The notes under the pieces are model-generated. The model saw only the letters and a list, made by a program, of their open reading frames with translations. It ran no database searches and was not told the DNA's origin. From Bacteroidaceae bacterium (GTDB lineage: Bacteria > Bacteroidota > Bacteroidia > Bacteroidales > UBA932), in NCBI GenBank assembly GCA_963661285.1, contig CAVLBF010000005.1, positions 32,006 through 96,005 on the forward strand: a stretch of 64,000 nt of DNA, written 5' to 3'. Positions 37,232 to 47,518 of the stretch are shown piece by piece. Position numbers and translations under genes: made by a program. Every line of letters starts with the position of its first letter. The stretch's first letter is position 1.

Positions 37232-38488
37232 GTGAACCGTAATGAATTGGAAATAATGGCTCCGGCGGGCAATTTCGAGTGCCTGCACGCGGCCATACAG
37301 GGTGGAGCGGACTCCGTATATTTCGGGGTCGGGAAGCTGAATATGCGCAGCCATTCGGCCAATAACTTCAGCCCCGACGACCTTGCCGAGGTGGTGCGCA
37401 TCTGCCGGGAGGCCGGAGTGAAGAGCTATCTTACGCTGAACATAGTCCTCTATCAGGAGGATCTCCCCGCGATGAGGGAGACTCTGGATGCCGCCGCGGC
37501 CGCCGGGGTGGATGCCATCATCGCATCAGATATGGCGGCGATAAGCTATTGCCGCAGCATAGGCCTGGAGGTGCATATTTCGACTCAGCTCTCCATCTCC
37601 AACGTCGAGGCTCTGCGGTTCTACGCACAGTTCGCGGACGTGGTCGTGCTGGCGCGCGAGCTCAACCTCGACCAGGTCAAAGAAATATATGAGACCATCC
37701 TGCGGGAGCGGATATGCGGCCCGTCGGGCCATCTCGTGCGGATCGAGATGTTCGCGCACGGGGCGCTCTGTATGGCCGTCAGCGGCAAGTGCTACCTTTC
37801 GCTGCACAGCTACGGGGCATCCGCCAACCGTGGCGCGTGCTATCAGGTCTGCCGCCGGGGCTATGAGGTCACCGACCTCGACACCGGCAACAAGCTGCAC
37901 ATAGACAACAAATATATAATGTCTCCCAAGGACCTGTGCACCATCGAGTTTATGGAGCGTATCATAGACAGCGGAGTCAAGGTCTTCAAGATCGAGGGCC
38001 GGGCCCGCTCCGCGGAATATGTCAAGCGCTGCGCGTCCTGCTACAGCCGCGCCGCGCAGGCCGTCTGTGACGGGACATACACCCCGGAACTCGCCGCATC
38101 GCTCAAGTCCGAGCTCGCGGAGGTCTTCAACCGGGGATTCTGGGACGGCTACTATATGGGTGCGCGTCTCGGGGAGTGGAGCGCGGTCTACGGCTCGCAG
38201 GCCAGCCTCAAGAAAGTCTATTGCGGCAAAGTCACCAACTGGTTTGACCGCATCGGGGTCGCGGAGATCTCCGTCGAGTCCTCTCCGCTCTCCCTCGGCG
38301 ACAAGGCTATGGCGATAGGGGCCACTACCGGGGTCGTGGAGTTCACGGTCGAGGATATGAGAGTCAACCTCAAGCCGGCGCAGACGGCCTCCAAAGGCGT
38401 GCGCTGTTCCGTCGCAGTCCCGGCAGACATCTGCCCGGACGGACGCCTCCGCCGGGGCGACAAGATTTACATCTGGCAGGGCAAATAA
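37232..38488 (+). CDS. U32 family protein (TrhP/RlhA-like)
   Basis: EIMAPAG, GADSVYFG, HGALCMAVSGKCYLS, NRGACYQVCR, FKIEGR. Confidence 0.9.
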   Translation: MNRNELEIMAPAGNFECLHAAIQGGADSVYFGVGKLNMRSHSANNFSPDDLAEVVRICREAGVKSYLTLNIVLYQEDLPAMRETLDAAAAAGVDAIIASDMAAISYCRSIGLEVHISTQLSISNVEALRFYAQFADVVVLARELNLDQVKEIYETILRERICGPSGHLVRIEMFAHGALCMAVSGKCYLSLHSYGASANRGACYQVCRRGYEVTDLDTGNKLHIDNKYIMSPKDLCTIEFMERIIDSGVKVFKIEGRARSAEYVKRCASCYSRAAQAVCDGTYTPELAASLKSELAEVFNRGFWDGYYMGARLGEWSAVYGSQASLKKVYCGKVTNWFDRIGVAEISVESSPLSLGDKAMAIGATTGVVEFTVEDMRVNLKPAQTASKGVRCSVAVPADICPDGRLRRGDKIYIWQGK

Positions 38489-39072
38489 TCTGCCCGCAGG
38501 AACTCGGCCATAGCGCGGAGGGCCATCCCTCGGTGGGAGATGGCATTCTTCTCCTCGTCCGAGAGTTCCGCGAGGGATTTTCCGGGGTGCGCGTCTGGGA
38601 TGAAGACAGGGTCGTAGCCGAATCCGTTGTGCCCTGACCGGGACAGCGCTATGGATCCCTCCATCCTGCCCTCGAAGATATGTTCTTCTCCATTCAGAAT
38701 CAGGGTGATGACAGTCCTGAAGCAGGCTCTGCGCGAAACTCCCTCTCCGAGCCTTTCCAGCTCGGAAAGGAGCTTTGACATATTGGCATTGTCGTCGTGG
38801 GCCTCTCCGGCATAGCGCGCCGAACGCACTCCGGGTGCTCCGCCAAGCGAGTCCACCTCCAGACCGGTGTCGTCGGCGAAGCAGTCCCGCCCGCAAAGGG
38901 AGTGCAGATGCTCCGCCTTGATGCGTGAATTCTCCTCCAGCGTCTCTCCCGTCTCCTCCACATCGGCGTCAAGTCCCTCTTCAGCGGGGGACAGAACCTC
39001 GCATATTCCCTGCAGTATCTCTCCGGCCTCCCGGAGCTTGCCCTTGTTGGCGGTCGCAAAAAGTAGTCTCAT
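38467..39072 (-). CDS. rdgB: Non-canonical purine NTP pyrophosphatase (RdgB/HAM1)
   Basis: FATANKGK, ADDTGL, GFGYDPVF, KNAISHR. Confidence 0.93.
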   Translation of the reverse strand: MRLLFATANKGKLREAGEILQGICEVLSPAEEGLDADVEETGETLEENSRIKAEHLHSLCGRDCFADDTGLEVDSLGGAPGVRSARYAGEAHDDNANMSKLLSELERLGEGVSRRACFRTVITLILNGEEHIFEGRMEGSIALSRSGHNGFGYDPVFIPDAHPGKSLAELSDEEKNAISHRGMALRAMAEFLRADYLPCQM

Positions 39073-39135
39073 ATCTCGCAAGGTAATGATAAAATCGCTA
39101 TATTGTAGCGTTTTTTAACCGATAATCTCTAAGAT

Positions 39136-40968
39136 ATGCGACCATACGTCATCCTTTCCGCCGCGCTTCTCCTTGCGCTCTCCTGCCAGCCTCAGAAAGC
39201 CGGGGTCGACCTGACCTCCGGAGATGACGGCTGTTTCGGCCTCTACCCTCAGATACAGAACCTGCACTCCCGGCAGACGGTCTCCCTCGACGGGGACTGG
39301 AAAGCGTTCGTTGACCAGTACGAGACGGGCTACTACGACTACAGGCGCAACCCTATGCCTGACGGGAAGACTTTCTTCGCGGATCTCAAATTCAGCGACG
39401 ACCGCACCAAACTCGTCGAATATGACTTCGATACGGCCTCCTCTCTCCGAGTGCCGGGCGACTGGAACACGCAGCGTCCCGAGCTCTATATGTACGAGGG
39501 GACAGTCTGGTATCGTCAGAAATTCAATGCCAGCCCGGCGGCGGGACGCAGAAGTTTCCTGTATTTCGGCGCGGCCAACTATGAGGCGGTGGTCGGAGTC
39601 AACGGACACGCGGTGGCAAGGCACGTCGGCGGGTTCACCCCGTTCAACATAGAAGTCACCGACCGCCTGAAGCCTGGAGAGAATACCGTTATCGTCAAGG
39701 TGGACAACAAGCGCGTCCGCGAGGGTGTCCCGACCATTAACTCCGACTGGTGGAACTACGGCGGCATCACACGCAGCGTGTATCTTGTGGACGTTCCCGA
39801 GACGTTCATCCGCGAATTCAGCGTCGCTCTCTCCCCGGACGGCAAGAACATCGTCGCCTGGGCGCAGCTCGACGGACCGGAACTCCGGCAGGATGTCACT
39901 CTTGACATCGCCGAGCTGGGCATCAGCCGGACGGTAACCTCCGATGCAAGCGGAAAGGCGAGTTTCGAAGTCCCTGCTGGGCCTCAGCGATGGTCTCCCG
40001 ACAGTCCGAAGCTCTACGACGTCAAGATGAGCTCGCAGACCGACGCCGTTTCTGACAGGATAGGGTTCAGAACCGTCGAGGTGAGAGGCCCGCAGATTCT
40101 GCTCAACGGCGAGGCGGTGTTCTGCAAGGGCATATGTATCCACGAGGAGAAGCCGTACTCTTCTGGCGGCCGTGCCACAGGAGCGCAGGACGACAAGGCC
40201 CTTCTGTCTTGGGCCAAAGACTTGGGCTGCAATTTCCTGCGTCTTGCGCACTACCCTCACAACGAAGAGATGGTACGCCTTGCCGAGGAGATGGGATTTA
40301 TGGTATGGGACGAAATCCCGGTCTACTGGACCATTGACTGGACCAATCCGGACACCTATGCCAATGCGGAGCACCAGCTCCGCGATATGATTGTCCGGGA
40401 CCGCAACAGGGCCGGGGTTATCATCTGGTCGATGGCCAACGAGACCCCTCACGGCGATGCGCGTCTCCGCTTCCTGACCTCGCTCATAGACAAGGCGCGG
40501 TCAATGGACGGCACGCGACTCGTCAGCGCCGCGATGGAGAAGGACTACATCGATGATGCGACCCTCACCGTCAAGGACAAACTCATCAACTATGTGGATG
40601 TCATCAGCTTCAACCAATACCTCGGCTGGTACGACGGAACGCCGGAGAAGTGCGACACTCTCAGCTGGACTTTCCCGGTGGAGAAGCCCGTAGTGATTAC
40701 CGAGATGGGCGGCGGAGCCAAATACGGTCTGCACGGCGAGAGGGCTGAGCGCTTCACCGAGGAATATCAGGCCTATCTCTTCGAGAAGAATCTCGCGATG
40801 CTGGACCGCATACCGCAGCTCGCCGGCGTGACCCCGTGGATACTCAAGGACTTCCGCTCTCCTCGCCGCTTCCTCCCGGGCATTCAGGACGACTACAACC
40901 GCAAGGGACTCGTCTCCGAAAACGGGGAACGCAAGCAGGCATTCGGAGTCTATCGCGACTGGCGCTGA
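39136..40968 (+). CDS. GH2 beta-glucuronidase, lipoprotein
   Basis: Lipobox LALSC; RLAHYPH, WSMANE, ITEMG, and the GUS-diagnostic NxK motif YNRKG. Confidence 0.85.
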   Translation: MRPYVILSAALLLALSCQPQKAGVDLTSGDDGCFGLYPQIQNLHSRQTVSLDGDWKAFVDQYETGYYDYRRNPMPDGKTFFADLKFSDDRTKLVEYDFDTASSLRVPGDWNTQRPELYMYEGTVWYRQKFNASPAAGRRSFLYFGAANYEAVVGVNGHAVARHVGGFTPFNIEVTDRLKPGENTVIVKVDNKRVREGVPTINSDWWNYGGITRSVYLVDVPETFIREFSVALSPDGKNIVAWAQLDGPELRQDVTLDIAELGISRTVTSDASGKASFEVPAGPQRWSPDSPKLYDVKMSSQTDAVSDRIGFRTVEVRGPQILLNGEAVFCKGICIHEEKPYSSGGRATGAQDDKALLSWAKDLGCNFLRLAHYPHNEEMVRLAEEMGFMVWDEIPVYWTIDWTNPDTYANAEHQLRDMIVRDRNRAGVIIWSMANETPHGDARLRFLTSLIDKARSMDGTRLVSAAMEKDYIDDATLTVKDKLINYVDVISFNQYLGWYDGTPEKCDTLSWTFPVEKPVVITEMGGGAKYGLHGERAERFTEEYQAYLFEKNLAMLDRIPQLAGVTPWILKDFRSPRRFLPGIQDDYNRKGLVSENGERKQAFGVYRDWR

Positions 40969-41028
40969 AGCCACACGATAGCTTCCCGGTGGTGATATTT
41001 CCGGAATTTGCGTAAATTTGCGCGACTT

Positions 41029-42099
41029 ATGGTACTTTTGTTGGTATTTCTGCTTAGCGCGATGACGGTCTCGTTCCTCTGTTCGGTGCTGGAGGCCGTG
41101 TTGATGTCCACTCCGATTTCGTATATCACGATGCGGGAGGAAGAGGGCTACAAGCCTGCCGTGAAGTTCAAGAAATTCAAGCAGGAGAGTTCCCGTCCGA
41201 TAGCGGCCATCCTTTCGATGAACACCATCGCCAACACCATCGGAGCGGCCGGAGTCGGTGCGCAGGCGACGGCGGTATTCGGCTCGCAGTGGTTCGGTCT
41301 CGTGAGCGCAGTCACCACCGTGCTGATACTCGTGTTCTCCGAAATCATCCCGAAGACCATCGGCACCTCTTACTGGAAGTCTCTGATGGGCTTCGTAACG
41401 AGCCTCATCTCCGTGCTGATAGTGATAATGTATCCTCTGGTGATACTCGTCGAGGGGCTTTCGAAGCTGATAAGCCCCAAGTCGGGGGAGACCGCAGTCT
41501 CAAGGGAGGAGGTCAGCGCGATGGCAAATGTGGCCGAGGAGGAGGGAGACCTGGAGGAAGACGAGAACGCCATCATCCAGAATCTCATCAATATGGATGA
41601 AGTGACCGCCTCGGACGCTATGACCCCGCGCGTGGTGGCGGCCATCGCCCCGGAGTCTATGACCCTCCGGGCGTTCTACAAAGACAAGCGCTACCTGCAC
41701 CACAGCCGCATCCCCGTCTATGCCGACAACGATGAATATATCACCGGCTACATCCTCAGGACAGATGCGCTGCAGCTGCTGGCCGACGACAAGTTCGACC
41801 GTACGCTCGGGAGCATCAAGCGGGAGATAGCATCCTTCGGCGAGGACACTCCGCTGGACACGATATGGGACGAGATGCTCAGCAAGGACGAGCAGATAGC
41901 CGTGATAATCAACGAATATGGCAGTTTCCAGGGCATTCTGACCCTCGAAGATGTCATTGAGACTCTGCTCGGCAGCGAAATCGTGGACGAAAAGGACTCC
42001 GTGCGGGATATGCAGCAGCTTGCCCGCGACAGGTGGAAGAAGCGTTCAGGCGCTAGTTCACGCGGATCTTCTGCCCAAGGCGGATCTTGTCCGCATTGA
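41029..42099 (+). CDS. CNNM/DUF21-CBS membrane protein (hemolysin-like)
   Basis: SFLCSVLEA, FSEIIPKTIG, MTPR, HSRIPVY, GILTLEDVIE; TAAATTTG at 41013-41020. Confidence 0.9.
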   Translation: MVLLLVFLLSAMTVSFLCSVLEAVLMSTPISYITMREEEGYKPAVKFKKFKQESSRPIAAILSMNTIANTIGAAGVGAQATAVFGSQWFGLVSAVTTVLILVFSEIIPKTIGTSYWKSLMGFVTSLISVLIVIMYPLVILVEGLSKLISPKSGETAVSREEVSAMANVAEEEGDLEEDENAIIQNLINMDEVTASDAMTPRVVAAIAPESMTLRAFYKDKRYLHHSRIPVYADNDEYITGYILRTDALQLLADDKFDRTLGSIKREIASFGEDTPLDTIWDEMLSKDEQIAVIINEYGSFQGILTLEDVIETLLGSEIVDEKDSVRDMQQLARDRWKKRSGASSRGSSAQGGSCPH

Positions 42100-43117
42100 G
42101 CCCCGGGTTAAGTTTCTTGATGGCGCTTACGCTCTTGCCGTATTTCTTGGCAATCCCCGACACCGTGTCTCCCGAGCGGACAGTGTGCCATTTCATCGCC
42201 GCCCTTTCGGCTTCGATGCGCATCTCCTCCTCGATAATCTTCTCGTCAGCGGCATAGATTTCCTCCTCCTCTTCCAGTGACTCTGACACATAGCGTGACG
42301 ACGGGTCCAGATAGCTCCTCCGGAGCACGAAGACGTTTTTGCGGAGTTCTCCGTTCTCGAAATCTATGATCCACTGCGGGTCGAACGCGTAGCCCTTGTA
42401 GCGGGTTTCGAAGTGCAGGTGCGGGCCGGAGGAGCGGCCCGTGGAGCCCCCAAGGCCTATGATGTCCCCGGCGCGGACCCATTGCGAAGACGTGACCAGC
42501 CGCTTGGACAGGTGGCCGTAGAACGTCTCAAGCCCGTTCTCGTGGCGCACAATCACCAGATTGCCGTAGCCGGAGACATAGCCCGAATACCTCACTCTTC
42601 CGTCGAATGCCACGTTGACCGGAGTCCCGGTCGGCAGCGGCAGGTCCACTCCCTGATGTCGGCGGTGTCTCCTGTAGCCGAACTTGGAATAGACCTTGCC
42701 TATGTGCGGGCAGACGAAGACGCTCATCGAGTCCACGAGGCAGATGCTGTTCCTGTAAGGCAGTTCGGAGAGGGATATGCTGAGATAGGGGTTGATGGCG
42801 GTCTCCGACCAGTAGTCCTTGAACACGGCATCTTCGGCCATTTTAGCGTTGTTCTTGACGTATCTCCAGCTGTAGTCGTCGAAGAGGATGATCTGCAGGT
42901 AGCCGTCCCCGATGTCCAGAGTGTCCACCGGGGCTCCGTTGCCGCGCTTGAACGCTCCCGGAGGGGTGATGTAGTCCTCCGGGACCATTGTGACGGCAGG
43001 CGGGTCTATACGTATGTCCAGCGAATCGGGCAGACTCAGCACCTCCCGCCCGGCGGGGTGCTGCGCGAAGAGGAATGACGGCAGGATGAGCGCGGCGCTT
43101 GTCAGTAGAGCTCTCAT
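42053..43117 (-). CDS. M23 peptidase with C-terminal LysM
   Basis: HQGVD, YGHL, GPHLHFE; HTVRSGDTVSGIAKKYG. Confidence 0.9.
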   Translation of the reverse strand: MRALLTSAALILPSFLFAQHPAGREVLSLPDSLDIRIDPPAVTMVPEDYITPPGAFKRGNGAPVDTLDIGDGYLQIILFDDYSWRYVKNNAKMAEDAVFKDYWSETAINPYLSISLSELPYRNSICLVDSMSVFVCPHIGKVYSKFGYRRHRRHQGVDLPLPTGTPVNVAFDGRVRYSGYVSGYGNLVIVRHENGLETFYGHLSKRLVTSSQWVRAGDIIGLGGSTGRSSGPHLHFETRYKGYAFDPQWIIDFENGELRKNVFVLRRSYLDPSSRYVSESLEEEEEIYAADEKIIEEEMRIEAERAAMKWHTVRSGDTVSGIAKKYGKSVSAIKKLNPGLNADKIRLGQKIRVN

Positions 43118-44481
43118 TATGACCTCTCCGCTCCGAATTTGTCCTTGAGGAGCGCTTCCGTCTCGGAGATGATGCTCTTCAGGGTGTCCTCCGAGCGTGC
43201 CTCGCAGATGAAGCGCAGATAAGGCTCGGTGTTGGAAGGGCGGACGTTGAACCACCAGCCGTCGAACTCCAGCCTGTAGCCGTCGAAGTCCATCGTGCGG
43301 AGCGGCTTCTGCTTCGCGGCGAAGTGTTCGCGCACGGCCTCCATCGCTGCGGCCTTGTCTTCGACGCGGAAGTTGATTTCTCCCGAGTTGTGGTAAGAGT
43401 TCATCGAGTCGATCTGCTCGCTCAGTCTGACCCCGCGCCTCTTGAGCTCGGAGACTATTGAGAGCACTATCATAGAGGACAGCAGTCCGCTGTCGGAGTA
43501 GAAGAAATCCTTGAAATAATAGTGTCCCGCAAGTTCGCCGCCCCAGAGGCCGTCGATTTCGCGGAGTTTCGGCGCGGCGAACGCCCGTCCCACTTTCCAG
43601 GTATGCAGCTCCGCGCCGTAGCGCTCCAGAAACTCTCCCACTGACTTGGAACTGCGTATCTCCTGCAGCACGCGGGGATGCTTCGCCCCTTTCATATCGC
43701 AGAAGTATATGGCCATCAGCGCGATGACCAGATCCGGCGAGACGAATCTCGCCTTGTCGTCCACGAACATAACCCTGTCCGCGTCGCCGTCGAAGATGAG
43801 ACCTATGTCGGCCCCGCTGTCCCGCACGAGCTTTTTGAGCGGTTCCACGTTCTTTGCCACCAGAGGGTTGGGGTCGTGGTTCGGGAAGCGGCCGTCGATG
43901 GTGTCGAAGATGTATTCCGGGCTGTCGCCGTAGATCTGCTTCGCGAAGAGGTTTGACATACCGTTGGAGAGGTCGAACGCGATGTGCAGATTGCTGTAGT
44001 CGCCCTTGAACTGCTTCATATAGGCGAGGTATTCGTCCAGGATGTCAATCCTGTGCAGCTCCCCCTTGCGCTCCGCCGCCGTAGTCGGCTCGCCGGCCTC
44101 AATCCAGTCCCTTATCTGCCCGAGTCCGCTCTCCAGACCCACCGGCAGGGCTTCTTCGCGGCTCACCTTCATACCGTTATACTGCGGCGGGTTGTGGCTC
44201 GCGGTAATCTGGACCGAGGCCTTGAAGCCGTGCCGTGCCGTGCCGAAATAGACCATCGGCGTGCTGCTCAGGCCGATGTCCCAGACATCGGACCCGGCAT
44301 CGAGGATGCCCTGCACGAGGCTGTCCCTGACGGCCTCGGACGAGACTCTGCAGTCGCGTCCCACCAGCACCTTGTCCGCTCCGAGCAGACGCGGGATGAA
44401 GTAACCTATCTTGTATGCAAGCGCATCCGTGAGGTCCACTCCGTAGACCCCCCGGATATCATAAGCGTGAAATGCTCCCAT
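43117..44481 (-). CDS. Phosphomannomutase/phosphoglucomutase
   Basis: AYDIRG, ITASHNP, FDGDADR, GELAGH, VRPSNTEP. Confidence 0.93.
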   Translation of the reverse strand: MGAFHAYDIRGVYGVDLTDALAYKIGYFIPRLLGADKVLVGRDCRVSSEAVRDSLVQGILDAGSDVWDIGLSSTPMVYFGTARHGFKASVQITASHNPPQYNGMKVSREEALPVGLESGLGQIRDWIEAGEPTTAAERKGELHRIDILDEYLAYMKQFKGDYSNLHIAFDLSNGMSNLFAKQIYGDSPEYIFDTIDGRFPNHDPNPLVAKNVEPLKKLVRDSGADIGLIFDGDADRVMFVDDKARFVSPDLVIALMAIYFCDMKGAKHPRVLQEIRSSKSVGEFLERYGAELHTWKVGRAFAAPKLREIDGLWGGELAGHYYFKDFFYSDSGLLSSMIVLSIVSELKRRGVRLSEQIDSMNSYHNSGEINFRVEDKAAAMEAVREHFAAKQKPLRTMDFDGYRLEFDGWWFNVRPSNTEPYLRFICEARSEDTLKSIISETEALLKDKFGAERS

Positions 44482-44490
44482 AGTATGCGG

Positions 44491-45045
44491 TCATTTTAGT
44501 TTGGTCTTATATGATGCCCCCACTCTTCCCCGGGCGATGTTCCCGAGCTTGCGCGAGAGCATCTTGCGGCGTATCGGAGGCACGAGGTCGGTGAAGAGTA
44601 CTCCGTCGAGGTGGGAAAACTCGTGCTGAATCATACGGCTCGCGAATCTGTCGAAAGTCTCGCGCTTCTTCTCGAAGTGCTCGTCGTAATATTCGACCTC
44701 GATGACTTCCGGCCTGCGCACGTCGGCATAGATGCCCGGCACGCTGAGGCAGCCCTCGTTGTATTCGCACTCTTCCTTGCTCTCGGAGAGTATCACCGGG
44801 TTGATGAAAGTGCGCCTGAAACCCTTGAGGTAGGGATAAATGTCGGACATCACGTCCCCGTCGACTGTCGCGACCCTGAGGCTGACTCCGATCTGCGGCG
44901 CGGCCAGCCCGCAGCCTTCCGAAGCGGAGAGGGTCTCCCGGAGGTCGCCCACGAGGGTGTTGAGGTATTCTTTGTCGTTGAGGTCCGCTTCCGCTGCGAC
45001 TTCGCGCAGCACGGCGGATCCGTAAAGGTAGATGGGCTGTATCAT
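44491..45045 (-). CDS. def: Peptide deformylase
   Basis: GCGLAAPQIG, EGCLS, QHEFSHLDG. Confidence 0.96.
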   Translation of the reverse strand: MIQPIYLYGSAVLREVAAEADLNDKEYLNTLVGDLRETLSASEGCGLAAPQIGVSLRVATVDGDVMSDIYPYLKGFRRTFINPVILSESKEECEYNEGCLSVPGIYADVRRPEVIEVEYYDEHFEKKRETFDRFASRMIQHEFSHLDGVLFTDLVPPIRRKMLSRKLGNIARGRVGASYKTKLK

Positions 45046-45464
45046 TATCGGTCTTTATTCTTGTCGAGGTAACTCTGCAAAATTATTGCCGCACTGATTC
45101 TGTCCACGGAATTCTTGTCGCGGCGCGCGCTCTTCTTCATCCCCCCGTCAATCATCGCCCTGTGCGCGAGCACAGAGGTGAAGCGCTCGTCTTCGAGGAC
45201 AATCGGCACTTCCGGGAACGCCTTCTGCAGGCTGACGAGAAACTTGTCCACATCCGGGGCGCACTGGGCGGGCGCGCCGTTGAGATTGAGCGGATAGCCG
45301 ACCACAAATCTCTCTATGGTTTCGGTGCGGGAGTATTTTTGGAGATATTCTATTATCTTTGCAGAGGGAACGGTTTCTGCGGGAGATGCGAATATGCCGA
45401 GAGGGTCACTGACCGCGACCCCCACTCTGGCCTTGCCGTAATCTATCCCGACAGATCTTTTCAA
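45045..45464 (-). CDS. ruvX: YqgF/RuvX family nuclease
   Basis: GIDYGKARVGVAVSD, VVGYP, DERFTS, SAAIILQSYL. Confidence 0.93.
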   Translation of the reverse strand: MKRSVGIDYGKARVGVAVSDPLGIFASPAETVPSAKIIEYLQKYSRTETIERFVVGYPLNLNGAPAQCAPDVDKFLVSLQKAFPEVPIVLEDERFTSVLAHRAMIDGGMKKSARRDKNSVDRISAAIILQSYLDKNKDR

Positions 45465-45512
45465 AACAGTGTCTGCAATGAGTTTTACGCAGTGCGAAAT
45501 TAATTAAAAAGT

Positions 45513-46364
45513 ATGGGACGACAAAATCCGGACGGGAGAGACACAGTCTACAGGCTGACGCTTGCGGACAACGGCACCCATAGAAGCATTCGCTCGATAA
45601 TCTTCACGAAATTCCGCTTCATCACTTTCGCCACTACCGTAGTCGTGGTGTTCATCCTCTTGATATACTGTATTATAGCCTTTACTCCGCTGCGTCTTGC
45701 AATCCCGGGCTATCCGGATGCCAAGTTCAAGAAGACCGCCCTTTCCAATGCAATCAAGATAGATTCTCTCGAGAGCGCGGTCACCCGATGGAATCTCTAC
45801 GCCGAGAACCTGAGCCGCGTGCTCGCGGGAGAGAGTACGATCGATCTCGACAGCGTGCTCGGAGGCAATGCGGTGAGGTATCTCTCCGCCAAGTCGGCCT
45901 CTGAGCTCCGCGAGCGCGATTCCCTGCTTAGGGAGACGGTGCGCGGGGAGGAGAAGTTCGGGGTCAGTTCGTCTTCCGGGAAGGCGCTTCCGATCGAGGG
46001 CCTGCACTTCTTCACGCCGGTCAAGGGAGTGGTGGTCGAGAGTTTCGATGCCGTGACCCATCCTGCCATCGACATTGCGGTGCCGTCCGGCACCGTGGTG
46101 AGCGCGACTCTGGACGGAACGGTGGTTTATTCGGGCTGGAACGAAGAACTCGAATATGTGGTCGTGGTGCAGCACAAGGACAATCTGATCAGCATATACG
46201 GCAACAATATGAAGACTCTCCGCAAGAGCGGGGACGAAGTCAAGGCCGGTACGCCGCTCGCGCTCTCGGGAGGGGCTTCCACCGGCTCGGGCAAGGGACA
46301 TCTGCACTTCGAGCTCTGGCACGGAGGACGCCCTCTGAACCCGACACAATTCATAAGTTTCTAG
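45513..46364 (+). CDS. Membrane-anchored M23 peptidase
   Basis: TM segment then FTPLR..IPGYP; HPAID, HLHFELW. Confidence 0.88.
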   Translation: MGRQNPDGRDTVYRLTLADNGTHRSIRSIIFTKFRFITFATTVVVVFILLIYCIIAFTPLRLAIPGYPDAKFKKTALSNAIKIDSLESAVTRWNLYAENLSRVLAGESTIDLDSVLGGNAVRYLSAKSASELRERDSLLRETVRGEEKFGVSSSSGKALPIEGLHFFTPVKGVVVESFDAVTHPAIDIAVPSGTVVSATLDGTVVYSGWNEELEYVVVVQHKDNLISIYGNNMKTLRKSGDEVKAGTPLALSGGASTGSGKGHLHFELWHGGRPLNPTQFISF

Positions 46365-47518
46365 TGGAAAAGAGAAAGATAGCAATACTGGGCTCTACGG
46401 GCTCGATCGGCACTCAGACGCTGGATGTCATACGCCGGCATCCGGACCTCTTCGAGGTGGAGCTGATTTCCGCCCGGCGGAGCGTGGACCTGCTTATCGG
46501 GCAGGCGATAGAATTCAATGCCGCGAACGTGGTGATTTGCGATGATTCGCGCTACACTGAAGTGGCCGACGCCCTCCAGCCCCGAGGCATCAAAGTCTGG
46601 TCCGGGATTGACAGCCTGTGCGAGCTCGTGCGGCTGCCGAGCGTGGACATAGTGGTCGGGGCGATGGTGGGATTCAGCGGACTGCGGCCGACGATGGCCG
46701 CGCTTGAGGCCGGGAAAATCCTGGCGCTTGCCAACAAGGAGACCCTGGTCGCCGCCGGAAACATAGTCACCCGCACTATGCGGGAGCACAGGGCGGTCAT
46801 CCTGCCGGTGGATTCGGAGCATTCGGCCATTTTCCAGTGCCTGCTCGCCGCCAGAGGCAACGAGGTCGAAAAACTGCACCTTACCGCGTCCGGAGGCCCG
46901 TTCCGGGGATGGGACAGGCCGCGGATAGCCGCCGCCACGGCACAGATGGCTCTCAAGCACCCGAACTGGAATATGGGGGCCAAGGTGACCATAGATTCCG
47001 CCACGATGATGAACAAGGGATTCGAGGTCATAGAGGCCAGATGGCTCTTCGACGTCAAGGCGGAGCGCATCAACGTGGTGGTGCATCCTGAGTCGGTGAT
47101 ACACTCTATGGTGGAATTCGCCGACGGGGCCGTAATCGCCCAGCTCGGCTGGCCGGATATGCGCGAACCTATAGGATTCGCGCTCTCGTTCCCCGCAAGG
47201 CTGCCGGTCGGCAACCGAAAGCTCGACTTCGCGGAGCTCGGGCATCTCAGCTTCGAAGCTCCCGATATGGCCAAATTCCCCTGCCTGGAACTCGCCTACG
47301 AGGCCCTGCGGCGGGGAGGGAACGCTCCCTGCGCGCTCAACGCCGCCAACGAGGTGGCGGTGGCCGCATACCTCAAGGGGTTGATAGGATTCTATGACAT
47401 CGCACGGATCAATGAGAAGTGCCTTGCTGGCCTGAATTTTGCCGAGAATCCGAGCATTGACGATATTTTTCAGACAAACAAGGAGATAGCATCGATTGCC
47501 GATGGTTATATTGCTTAA
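46364..47518 (+). CDS. dxr: 1-deoxy-D-xylulose-5-phosphate reductoisomerase
   Basis: LGSTGSIG, LANKE, LPVDSEH, TASGGPFR, HPNWNMG, MNKGFEVIEA. Confidence 0.97.
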   Translation: MEKRKIAILGSTGSIGTQTLDVIRRHPDLFEVELISARRSVDLLIGQAIEFNAANVVICDDSRYTEVADALQPRGIKVWSGIDSLCELVRLPSVDIVVGAMVGFSGLRPTMAALEAGKILALANKETLVAAGNIVTRTMREHRAVILPVDSEHSAIFQCLLAARGNEVEKLHLTASGGPFRGWDRPRIAAATAQMALKHPNWNMGAKVTIDSATMMNKGFEVIEARWLFDVKAERINVVVHPESVIHSMVEFADGAVIAQLGWPDMREPIGFALSFPARLPVGNRKLDFAELGHLSFEAPDMAKFPCLELAYEALRRGGNAPCALNAANEVAVAAYLKGLIGFYDIARINEKCLAGLNFAENPSIDDIFQTNKEIASIADGYIA

